A DNA stretch of 64,000 bases. Origin: the human T2T-CHM13v2.0 reference genome, Homo sapiens. Shown in pieces: positions 1 through 26,495 of the stretch. Every line of letters begins with the position of its first letter. Position 1 is the stretch's first letter. The translations under genes were made by a program, and so were the position numbers. Under the pieces are notes generated by a model, which was not told where the DNA came from, ran no database searches, and saw nothing but the letters and a program-made list of their open reading frames with translations. The stretch lies in the NCBI RefSeq assembly GCF_009914755.1, contig NC_060925.1, one strand, 5' to 3'.

Positions 1-80
1 CCCCTTCTCCTTCTTCTCCCAGCCCACCCTGCCCCCTGAGCTCCTGGCTGCAGCTGAGAGCAAGGACTCTGCCTCTCTGA

Positions 81-827
<747 letters not shown>

Positions 828-2032
828 AGTCGCATTTTATGGATAGGAAAACTGGGCTCACAGAGTTTAGGTGGCAGGCCCTTGGTCAGTAGTCGATAGA
901 GTCAGGGTTCAAACCCAAGTCTGACTTCAAAGCTCACGGCCATGACCATGGCCTGGACCCAGGCTGGTCCTGGGGCACCTTTCCCACCTCTCCAGCCATC
1001 CTGTGTTCCTGGCCCCCTGTGCATTCCACAAAACCTAGGATCTAAGGTGGGAGACAGAGTGGAGGATAGAGCAAGGGACCTATGAGATGCAGGCCTGGAA
1101 TGGTGGATCTGGGGCCAGTGTCAGCCAGGCTCTGCACTCCCAAGGTGTCAGCCAGGGGCAGTGGCCCGGGCTGGCACCCGCGGTGACAAGAGAACACTAG
1201 TGTGGTGGTCACCGCAGGCGGCTGCTGTTATGCTCTTGGCCCTACTTTAAAAATAGTCAGAACTTCAAACATGGACTCCCAAGGAAAACAAACAGTCCCG
1301 CGTCCGTCTGCCCGCACACCAGCTGGTGGGTAAAATTAGCCTGGTGGTGACTACAGAGCCGTGAGGCCCGGCCCCGCTGTTTGCCCAGGCTGCGGTGGGC
1401 TGGCTCCCAGCTGTGGGCTGCCCCAAAGACCTCCCTGGCTGGAGCCTCTCCCTGCACGCATTCAGCCTTCCACCATGGGAGAGGAGGCTCTGGGAGTCCC
1501 TGCCCTCAGCTGCACGAATACAGCAGGGCCCTAGTGCCATAGCCGGAAAAGCCCTGGGTTTGAATCCTGATGCTGCCACTTCCTGGCTCTGTGGCCTTCG
1601 GGGGAAAAAACCAATTTCTGTGCCCATTTTTTTAGTTGGAAAACAGGTGACCAGGGTTTATTGCAGCCTTGGTATGAAGTTGAGTCAGAATGTATCTTAA
1701 ATGCTTAGTGCCTGACACACAGGGAACGCTCTGTAAATGGTCTGATTCTTATTCGAGTGGGAGTTCTGTGGATTCCGGGAAGCCAAGTAAGGTAAGTTAT
1801 CAGCTCCTCCAATATCCCTAGAAGCGCCAAACCACCGTCCCAATAGACTCGTGATTTCATCTCCCCACGCTGGACAAGTAAGGCCCAGAGATGACTGAGG
1901 CCTGGCTCACCAGGCTGGGAAAGTGTCCACACCATCTCCAGGGACTCCAGGAGTCCAGGTTCCAAGCCGAGGTCACTGGGGCTTCTGGGCATCTTGGAAC
2001 CCTGCAGAAGTGATGGCTCCTGTCTCTTTTAG

Positions 2033-11561
<9,529 letters not shown>

Positions 11562-12320
11562 GGGCCCAGGGCCCGGGCACCCACAAGCCCGTGACAGATG
11601 CCAACTTCCCACACGGCAGCCCCCCCCTCAAGGGGCAGGGAGGTGGGGGCCTCCTCAGCCTCTGCAACTGCAAGAAAGGGGACCCAGGAAACCAAAGTCT
11701 GCCGCCCACCTCGCTCCCCTCTGGAATCTTCCCCAAGGGCCAAACCCACTTCTGGCCTCCAGCCTTTGCTCCCTCCCCGCTGCCCTTTGGCCACCAGGGT
11801 AGATTTCTCTTGGGCAGGCAGAGAGTACAGACTGCAGACATTCTCAAAGCCTCTTATTTTTCTAGCGAACGTATTTCTCCAGACCCAGAGGCCCTGAAGC
11901 CTCCGTGGAACATTCTGGATCTGACCCTCCCAGTCTCATCTCCTGACCCTCCCACTCCCATCTCCTTACCTCTGGAACCCCCCAGGCCCTACAATGCTCA
12001 TGTCCCTGTCCCCAGGCCCAGCCCTCCTTCAGGGGAGTTGAGGTCTTTCTCCTCAGGACAAGGCCTTGCTCACTCACTCACTCCAAGACCACCAGGGTCC
12101 CAGGAAGCCGGTGCCTGGGTGGCCATCCTACCCAGCGTGGCCCAGGCCGGGAAGAGCCACCTGGCAGGGCTCACACTCCTGGGCTCTGAACACACACGCC
12201 AGCTCCTCTCTGAAGCGACTCTCCTGTTTGGAACGGCAAAAAAAAATTTTTTTTTCTCTTTTTGGTGGTGGTTAAAAGGGAACACAAAACATTTAAATAA
12301 AACTTTCCAAATATTTCCGA
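11562..12320 (+). other. ALPL: ALPL 3' UTR
   Basis: Lies between the stop and the AATAAA; 3' end estimated about 20 nt after the signal. Confidence 0.85.
12296..12301 (+). terminator. ALPL: ALPL polyadenylation signal AATAAA
   Basis: First canonical hexamer after the stop, with a U-rich element upstream and GU-rich gtctttgtggt downstream. Confidence 0.85.
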
Positions 12321-12564
12321 GGACAGAGCTGAGTCTTTGTGGTCAGTGAGAAAAAGACTGAAAGAAGCTTATTTCTCTGGGAAGAACTGGCCTCAGGGCC
12401 CGGGGTACAGGTGGGTTGGACAGGGTGGAAAGGCCTTCTGCTGTCCTGGGGGCTTCACACTCCCTACCTGTGCCACTTTGGACACATAGGTTTGTGTCTC
12501 AGTTTTCTTGTCTGTGAAATGGGAGACAACCCCCTTCTGGGTTGTTGTGAGGATTAAAGAGGAG

Positions 12565-13413
<849 letters not shown>

Positions 13414-13990
13414 TCACAGAGCGTCAGCCCAGCTTAGCAACTGTGATCTTTCCATTTCTCATATTCACACCTTGGTACTACACTCAGGCCTGCAGCCGAC
13501 CTTGTTGGGATACAGACTTGTCCAAGTTTGCTCCTCTTGCTTCATTGAAATGAAAATTCCTTTAATAAGGATAACAATCATGACAATTAACACTGATCAT
13601 TTACAACATGCCAGGTCTGTGCTTGACGCTTTATGTGGATTCATTGCATTTAATCCTCATTAGGAAATAGGCCCCCATCATCCACATGTATAGGTGAGGA
13701 CCCTGAGGGTTTGGGAAGTGAGGTGATTGCCCAAATGCCCCCAAGCTGTGGAGCTGGTATTTGAAGCCAGGTGTGTCCTATTCCAAAGCTCCTGTACTTA
13801 ATACCATCCTTTATTTGGTTATAACACACTTCAAACCTCTTGTCAACCAGGTCCTGAAGCAGACAATACTAATGACTCATGACATACACCAGTTAAATAT
13901 AAACTCAGGAAGATGAGAAACCGTATGTCAGAAGTGGACTTCTTCAGGATTGAAAATGCAAACTAAGCAGATTTGTCTCTGAGCTTCCTA

Positions 13991-15409
<1,419 letters not shown>

Positions 15410-15526
15410 ATATACTATTATTTCCTAAACACTCCTTTAAATTGACATTTAAGCAGTCAGTTTTTAAATGTTCCCAGTACCACCTGAAGTCAATTTACAT
15501 GTCTCCAGGGTGTGCAAACCACACTT

Positions 15527-16840
<1,314 letters not shown>

Positions 16841-16859
16841 ACGAACCACACTTTGTTAT

Positions 16860-17200
16860 CTTGCATTGGGTTTCCACGGAGACAGAACCTGAGACAGAAC
16901 TCAGCACAAGCAGTTTGTTTATTAGAAGAACCCAGAAAGCTGCACAAATTGGGGAATGAGGAAGCAAGACAGGAAAGGGAAGGATGTTGAGAAAGATGTG
17001 TTTTTAAACAGGTTGCCACTGAGGCTGGCCAGGGCTCAACCCCACGAAGGACCTCTGGGAGATGGTGTGGGAGCGACACTTCAGAGATATCTCACCCAAG
17101 GGGCGAGGGAGCAGGGGTATTTATTCTTCAACTCTCACCTCTCATTGGCCGAGGGCTGCTCCTGGGGAAATTAACACTGGCACTCCTGACCTTCCCCATG
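16860..17200. mobile_element. Old ERVL-type LTR fragment (LTR16/LTR33-like)
   Basis: gggtttccacggagacagaacctgagacag...gcaagcagtttgtttattagaag resembles the terminal motif of these families. Confidence 0.45.
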
Positions 17201-18327
17201 AAGTTCTGAGAGAAAGCCTCCAGGCCTGGTGCTGGAACATCAACTGCTCAAAGGACACAAACCAGCAGCTTCTGTTGAACTTTGGGATACACTGCTGGGG
17301 TAGAAAGCGCAGGCTGTGAGTCCGAGAGATGGAGGTCCACATCTCTGCTCCATCACTTTCTCAGTTCTACGAACTTGGGCAAGGGATTCAGCTTCTCTGA
17401 CGCCCTGTGCCTAGCGATGCCCAGCACGTAGTGAGGACTGAGTACCCCATTAGGAGCCAGGAGTTCCTCCTGCCCACACTCCAGGCTGTGGGATGACGTG
17501 TCCTTCAAGAAGCAGAGATTGAGGTGCTCAGGCACCCATGGCTTCAGGGTCTCCCCACGCTCAGGCTGGGCCCTGGGTCACTCATCACCTTATATTTTAA
17601 CTGCTGTGGGCCCTGAGTCCTAATTGGAGCCGGGGTTCAGGCATAGGTCCCAGCTCCATTCACAACTAGGGCCGGTAGCCATGGACCTAGACCCTAAGGA
17701 TGACAGTCCAGACCCACAGCACAGGGATTTCTTTTGCCCTCAGATGCCTTCTCCCGGAGGAAGAACAAAGATGAGCTGACATGCCCTCTTGTATTCACTG
17801 AGATAACCCTGCCTTCTGTTAAAGGTAAATTCAGAAAGCTCAATAACTTGACACCTGAGGATGTATTCTTACCTCCAACATCAGCGCCCCTGCTCAGGTG
17901 ACTGGGACCCAGGATCTTTCCAGGGGTGGCTCTGCCACCCCCTGTAAGTTCTGGATGTCCTTCCTATCTGGCCAGCACCTTGATGGTGGGAACCACGCCT
18001 GCTTTTTAACCACTTAATCCTGGAAGTGACATACATCACTTCCGCCCTTAGTGCATTGGCAAGAACCAGTCCTGTGATCCTTCCTGGATGCGAGGAAAGC
18101 TAGGAAATGCCGTCTTCGCTTGGGCTACCGCTGCCACCAACACCAACACAGCAGGTTCTCATCCTGGGGGCAGAATCACCCCCACATCAGTTGAAAACCT
18201 CTGCTCTGTAGGAAGGAAGAGGCGTGGGAGACTGGGATGGTCAACTTGGCTCAGGCTGGAGACATCCTCCAACTCACACACTCCCCAGCCATTGCTGAGC
18301 ACGGGTGCCGTGTTTTAAAACACTGAG

Positions 18328-18818
18328 GGCCAGGCACAGTAGCTCAGACCTGTAATCCCAGCACTTTGGAAGGCTCAGGTGGGTGGATCGCTTGAGCCTA
18401 GGAGTTGGAGACCAGCCTGGCAACATAGTGAGACCTCCTCTCTACCCAAAAATGAACAATTAGCTGGGCATGGTGGCGCAAGCCTGTAGTCCCTGCACTC
18501 AGGAGACTGAGGTGGGAGGATCACTTGAGCCCAGAAGGAGGAGGGTGCAGTGAGCCGAGATCATGCCACTGTACTCCAGCCTGGGTGACAGTGTAACCCT
18601 GTCTCAAAAAAAAAAAAAAAAAAATTGGGAAATTCTCTATAAGATCTGGGATTCTGGCTTAAAAAAAAAAAGGGAGGCTGAGCGCAGTGGCTCACGCCTG
18701 TAATCCCAGCACTTTGGGAGGCCGAGGCGGGTGGATCACGAGGTCAGGAGATCGAGACCATCCTGGCTAACACGGTGAAACCCTGTCTTTACTAAAAATA
18801 CAAAAAAAAAAAAAAAAA
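18328..18818 (+). mobile_element. AluJ (18328-18623) and an AluY left monomer only (18676-18818)
   Basis: Alu consensus; the second element ends at the middle A-rich linker. Confidence 0.92.
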
Positions 18819-19391
18819 GGGAGATCCAGCTAGCAGTGGACCCCACATTTCTGCAGGGCAACGGTCAGTTGGAGCTGAGCGACAAGCTGTCAGGGAACTA
18901 CACTATTCTGGATGCCACAGCCCCCAGCGTGTCCTGTATTCTGACAGACACTGGGCCTTCAGATGTATGTCACCTGTCTGGTCATGGTAGAGACAGCCTG
19001 TGGCCCCTGCCTTATTGAGTACCACGCCCCGTGCCGCAATCTTGCCCGGCCATGGACAAGTCCAAGGCTGTCCTCAAGTTCATATCTCATGACAGAGACT
19101 TACAGAGACCATCCCAGTGTGTGTCGAAGCCAGGAGCTGTGGGGACAGGAAGGGAACATGGTGGGGGCGGGTGCACAGGGAACAGAGGGCAGTGAGTAAG
19201 CTGAGGCTTAACAAAGGGAGGAGGAACCAGGGCGTGAGGCTACTGAGGGGAATTCAGAGGGAAACGCTGTGGGGAGAGGTGGGCAGAAGGGCCTCAAATG
19301 CCATTTGGAGAAGCTGGGGTTGACCGTGAAGACCCTGGGGAGGCATGGAAGGCTCTGGAGCTAGGGAGTCAGCATTGTTTTTGAAAGATCA

Positions 19392-19688
<297 letters not shown>

Positions 19689-22331
19689 TCAAGCAGAGAA
19701 ACTGGAGGCCAGGAGACCCGCCCAGACACTGCTATAATAGACCAGGCAGGAGAAACTGGAGCTGTGGAAATGGAGAGGGGAGGGACAAGCCCCAAATTTG
19801 ACCCTGTGAATCCCAGCTCCTGTTTATCAAGAAGGAAGCCGGCCCAGTAGGTGAATAAAAGGATTATGAGCAAATCTAACGCTCTGGGGTGGAGAGCAGG
19901 AGGCAGTAAGGTGCCTACTGTGTGCCACATACCCTACTGAGTGCTGTGACCTAGCAGTGAAGTTGTCACCTTGGGGGTACATGTTCTATATCTCCCCATC
20001 GTCTGAAGTGGGCACCCTCCATTTCACAGATGGGAAAATCGAGGCTCGGCAGGATATAGTGACCTGCTCCTGGGCCCATGGCTTGTAGGTGACAGCCGAA
20101 AGTTGAACCCAGGTCTCCCTGGCTCCCAGCTCATGTTCTTCTCCTTGTCTCTGGGGCTCTAATCTCTCCAAGGAAAACAACCCCAGCCCCATGAGCCACA
20201 GAACCATGGGCTCCCTGGGCCCCCCAGAAGCCCAAAAGTGACCATGGGGGGTGATGAGACAGCAGCGTTTGTAATTAGCCCCGTGGCTGAACCGAAGACC
20301 TCCCACCAGGATCCAGCCAGAGCCCGTCTCTGGGGAAGGCGGGTGGGGATTAAGTTCTCAGAAGAGGATTTGGGCTCCCGAGTGCCTGTGTGGCTTCCTC
20401 TGAGCCTCGCAGGGACTCTGCCTTGATCACAGCGCCAGGGCCTTTTCTGGCTTCTCAGCAGTCTGTGTGAACCTTCAGATGGGGTGGGCACACGTGGCAC
20501 CCCCAGCCAAGCAGGGGACGGGCCGGACTCGGTCCTCCAGTGTCACCTCTCCCTCCTGCCACTGGAACCGAGGCTTAGAATCACTGAGGCGGTGGGAACA
20601 TAGCTGTGGGCACAAGAGTGGACATTTCTACGGCGTTCCCTGCTGACCAGGCGCTGTTCTCACGTGCCTCACAGCACACATTAACTCATCTTCCCCGCAA
20701 CCAGCCCTGGAGGGCAGGGACTGTGATTTTCCCCATTTTACAGATGAAGAAACAGAAGCAGAAATGTTTAAACTTATGGGAAGATACACCACTAACAAGG
20801 GCTGGAGCCAGGACTCTAGCCATGCAGTGTGGCTGCAGAGTACAGGATTTTAATCACCCGTTGCATCCTCTGGCGTCGGGCAGGGCTGGACTTCAGGCTG
20901 GGTTTTCCCCGTTCCCAGCTGCACCCACGTCGTGTCTCCTCCTGGAGTCTAAGTTTCCTGTGCTGTGACTGCAGGCGGAGAGGAGGGCCCAACGTCTAGG
21001 GGTGAGTCACCACGTGCCGATTCTCTGCTCCTAGGGTCGGGCCTGGCTGGTCACTGCCACCCACTGGCTGCAGTCCAGCGCCCTCATCTGCGGACTCCTT
21101 GATCTTGAAGCCGCCGCCTCCCATGTGCTGTGGTGTGGGCAGGCAGGGTGCGGGGAGGGCTCGGAGGCCGTGGGTGGGGAGGAGTAACGAGGACGACTCA
21201 GGAATCTAACTGCAAGGGTTGAGGTGTGGGGGTGGCGGTGGAGGTGGGGGTTCAGTGGCTGGGAATTCTGTCCTCCTGGACTGTAAACAGGGCACCCATG
21301 GCTGTGCCTTTGACCTGTGGGGAGTGCCCAGCAGCTTCCACCCACCCATGCCAGGGGGCAGCTCCAGGGTTTCTGGATCCCCAAGTCAGCCCGGGCTTGA
21401 CCACGCTGCCTGCAGGTGTGTCATCGGCCTCCAGCCCACTCAGGTCACCTGGTTGGGGAAAAATGGCAGTGAAGGGGCAGAGTGCTGGGTCAGGGTGAGA
21501 GAAGGGGCCTGGGGCAGGGTCTGGAGGCCTTGAGGTGTGATCATTGCCCCTCTTGGCCTCCCAGAGCCCTGGGCCAAGGCCTGGCTAGCTGCTGCCTCCT
21601 CTCAGGTTGTGACAGGTGCCGTCATGACAACCAGCATCAGGAGAGTTTTGGTGCCAGATGGGCCCTTTGTGCTCTGAGCCCTCCACTGTCGAAGATTCTC
21701 CTGGGGCAAAGGCCTCTTTCCACAGGTTCCCAGACAAAGCTCAGCCTGGAATGGCCTCGCTATGGTCCAGGGAGGAAGGCGGCCCAGGAAGGGTCAGCAC
21801 CAAGTTGCAGCCGCACAGTAAAATGGGCAGAGGAGCCCAGCTTCCATCTCCAGCAAAGGGTTCTCACAGCCTTCTGACCCTGGGTCCGGCCTGTGAGAAG
21901 GAGGGACTCACAGGTACCCAGTGCCTGTCTGACTCTGGCACTTCAGCCCCCAGTCCCAACGGTCTCTTCCCACCCTCTTAACAACACCGGTGCCGGCCCC
22001 ATTTTACAGATAGGAAAACCAAAAGCCAGAGAGTGACTGGGGCACTGCTGTAGCTGGTGGTCAGGGAAGGCCTGTCTGAGGGAGTGACATTTGCAAGGAC
22101 AATGCCTTGCAAAGACCTGGAGGAACAACGGCTCCAGGCAGGCAATAGATCAAGTGCAACCACCTGGGGCAGAAATGAGGACCAGAAATAAGGTGATGTG
22201 GCTGGAACCCAGAGAAACGGGGATCAGTGAGTGGGACAGAGGCTGCATTATGGGATGTGGCATGAAAAGAGCTGGCATCTTCTTCTGGTCGCAGAGAGGA
22301 AGCCACTGGAGGGTTAGAAGCAGGGGAGACA

Positions 22332-22673
<342 letters not shown>

Positions 22674-23349
22674 TTACTCGAGTGGCTGGGGAGCAGAGGA
22701 GGCTGGGGAGCTCCAGGAGCTGAGCCCAGAGCTCAGTCTGGAGCTTTCCCTGTCTGGGTTGGAGGTGGTGGTGGCTTGGACCAGGCTAAGTGTGGTGGTG
22801 GCGGGAAGGAGTTGGATCCCAGACATGCTGGGAGGGAGGGCCAGCAGAGCTCCCTGGTGGACTGCACGTCGGGAGGGGAGGGAACAGGGGAATCGGGGCT
22901 GGGCACCTGGGTTGATGGAGGTGCTGTTTACGGGTATGGGGAACCAGAAGTGGGGAGAAAACAGACAGTTGGGTTTGGATCACATTGGGCTGGAGGTGCC
23001 CACTGGACCTTGGAGTGGAGACGCTGGCTGGGTAGGTAGGAGGAAAAGAGTCTGGAGTTCGAGGGAGGAAATAGAAAGATGAGGGTCAGGATGGTATTTA
23101 TAGTTATGGGCTGGAGAGAGCAAGTGACTTGCCCAGGGTTACAGACAGCCAGTGGTCAGGATTTGAACTGGGGTCTGCTAGGCTCTGAAACCCACAGGGG
23201 CTCTTTCCCGGACAGATGGGAACAGAGAGGGCTTCATCCAAGGTACAGGGGGTGCCGCAGGACTCAGGGGTGGGGCAAGGAGAAGCCCCTGAGGAAAAAA
23301 CAAAACCAAAGAAAGAAGTAAAGTGAATGTAATCCTAATCAAAATCCTA

Positions 23350-23610
<261 letters not shown>

Positions 23611-26305
23611 AAGACAAGTCCCTGAGAATGAATGTGGGAATGACTGAGATCCTTCCAGCCTGGGCTGCCCACCTCCCATCCACAGCCTGGTCAGCTGGAA
23701 GAGCCCATGTCAAGCACGAGGTTGTGTCCCCTGCCCATTGTACAGATGGGGAAACTGAGGTCTGAAGGAAGGCAGGGCTGGGGTCTAGGTCTTCTGTCTG
23801 CCAACCCCGACTCTTCTGCCAGCCTCTAAGGTGGACTCCTGTCTGAGCCAACTCAATGGCTGGGTTGAAACCTTCCAACTGGGACATTCCTGAAGGGGGT
23901 GAGTGTCTCTCTGGAGGTCCTCCTGTAGATGGACCTGGGGCCTGGAGTCTTCCCCTCCTGGGTCTCCCCAAGGCAGTGTTTGCCCATGCTGGCCTCTGCC
24001 CCTGGCCTGGCCCCGCCGTGGCCTTCAGGACCCCTCTAGGTCCCTGGCAGGGCAGCCCCATGCCTGGCTCTGGTCACGGTTCCTGCCCTGTGGCCAGGAC
24101 CAAGGCACCCCCCTGGCCCTTGCCCAGACCACCCAGCGCCAGGGCCTGGCGGAGCCCGGGTGGCTGGCGGGCAGTGCTCCCAGGCTGGCCAGCCGTGGTC
24201 TGGCCCCGCCTGAGGGGCTGTGGCCTGGGAACCGTCAGCTGTCTCCTCGGGGAAGCGGCTGGGATCTCCAGAACAAACAGGGAAACCACAGGCTCCCCCA
24301 CCACGCCCCCAAGGAGGGGCACGGCCTCTGGCCTTGCCCGCCAACACCCCACTCTCCAGGCCTGGCTCCCCACTTCTGGGTGAATAGAAAGGAGGCCTGG
24401 TGGCAAGCAGGTCCCAGAAGTGCCTGATCCTCAGGTGGTGAAATGACAAGGAGTTCCCCAGACGGAAGCGCCCAGCACAGGGCACTGCACACGGGAGGCC
24501 CCTGAGAAACAGCAGCCCTGGACTCATCCACCGCTGGCTCAGTGGGAGCCACAGCAATCCTGGGGGATTCCTGTACTTGGCAGGGCAGGCTGGGACAGCC
24601 GCCCTAATTCAGACCGGCTGGGGGATGGGGTGCATGTGACTCCACTAAAAGCTGCAATTAGAGCCCAATTTAAAGAAACGCTGTGTTAGTTCCTCCCCGG
24701 GTAGATGTGATTATAGGCTCGGAGCTAAACCGTTTCTAACAGGATGACACATGGAGAGGCCCCTTCTGGGCTCTGGCAGGATGCCCAGCCCAGCCCCCGG
24801 CTGCACGACTGGGGAAACCAAGGCCCGGAATTCACACTGCAGGTGAAGAGGGGGCGAGGCTTCGGCTCCATCCCCACCTCTCACTTTTCTCTACAGGATT
24901 TCATGCTGCATCTAGAAGCCAAAACGCTGACACCCCTTGAAAAGGAGGGCTGGGAACTGAGATGATTGACGCCCCAAGGGGAAGCGGGCGCTTCCCAGAA
25001 CAGCCTCGGCATGACCTGGACATGGAGCCAGGCGGCTGCTCCTTGCCCAACCCATGGGGGCCTTGCAATGATTAATAATAATAATGATGATGATAATGGT
25101 GCCAGCAGCAGCCGTGGCTCCCTTTGGAAGTGCTCCCGGGGGGCAGGCAACATCTCACGCATTCTCGCAATAATCCTGCCAGGGAGCTGCTAGTGTAGCC
25201 CCATTGCAGGGCTGGGGAAACCAAGGCTCCGAAGGGTCAATGACTTGCCCAGTGTCATGCCAGGAGCCAGTGGTATGTTCCTGCTGGGATTGGACAAGCG
25301 CCTGAGATCCTGAGCAGGGGGCAGAGTTCAGGGGGCGGTCGGGGGGTCATCTCAGTGAATGGCAACAATGAGTGAGTAAGCGAGCCTGTTAGCAAGTGAA
25401 TGAATGAGTGAACGAATAAAAAGGCTGTTTAAGGAATTCTGCCCCTGGGGAGGCATGAAAGGGCCACAGGTCTCTCCCTAGTTGCCTCCCCCCGCCACCT
25501 CCAGGGAGACCCCTGAGATTAATGGGCCACAGACAAAGGCCCAAGTCTCACCTGCCCAGAAACAAGGACCCCTCACTTCCCGGGTTCCAGGGGTCCCCTG
25601 TCTCGTCCAACACCCCGCTAGGGCACAGGGCACTGCACACGGGAGGCCCCTGAGAAACAGCAGCGTCACTGAGCAGTGCCCTCTGGCCTGCGCCCCCCCA
25701 CCTTCATCCCAGCCATCCCCAAATGCCACAAGGGTAGATCACCTGCCCTAGTCCCCACCACCACCTGCACCCTTGCCCAGGGCTGAATTCCCACATAGGA
25801 TTGGGGTCTGGGGAGGGGCCAAAATAAGGGAAAAGCTGATCTCTCTTTACCCACTCTGCCCCCTCCCGTCCCCTTTGCAGCTCATATTGGGGAGTCCCTG
25901 GGTTGGGGGTGGCACACACTTGGTTCCTAGGAGCTTGGGCAGTAGGGTACTACTGCCCCTCCATTCCCCGGATGCGCATCCCCCTCCATTCCCCGGATTC
26001 TTCATTCATTCAGCAAATATTTATGGAGCCCCTACTGTGTGCAAGGTGCTGGGCTCAGCCATTCATGCACACACAGACCCTTCCTTCTGATGTCTCTGGT
26101 TCCATTAAGAAGACTGTGTGTCACGTGCCTCCCCACCACGTTCCCAAGGACTGTCCCCACACCAACTCCTGGTGGTCTGTAGCTGTGCCTCCCTCATCAG
26201 ACTGGGATTTCTCCAGGGCATGGTTGTGACACTGCCATCAGACTGGCCTGTGCAACCTGCCTTTCCTGAGAAACCTCTCCCTTCACTCCAAGAGCCTCCC
26301 TGGAG

Positions 26306-26495
26306 ACGGTTGCCAGATAAAATACAGGACGCTCAGTTAAATTTGAATCTCAGACAAACAAAGAATAATTTTTTAGTATAAGTATGTCCCAAATATCGCA
26401 CAAGGTATACTTAAACTAAAAATTCTTCCTTGTTTATCTGAAATTCAAATTTAACTGGGCACCGTGGGTTTCTATTTGCTAAATCTGGCAACCCT
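26306..26495. mobile_element. MER53 palindromic non-autonomous DNA transposon
   Basis: Terminal ggttgccagat / atctggcaacc and internal cagttaaatttgaat / attcaaatttaactg inverted repeats; about 190 bp. Confidence 0.88.

Noticed and set aside
12238-12255. A9T9 palindrome in the ALPL 3' UTR
   Set aside because: Short homopolymer juxtaposition with weak pairing; most simply part of the U-rich upstream polyA element.
18020-18050. Inverted ETS-like pair ggaagtga...tcacttcc
   Set aside because: Resembles an internal segment of old MLT1 LTRs (a similar stretch occurs near 6395-6420), so it is probably repeat-derived.
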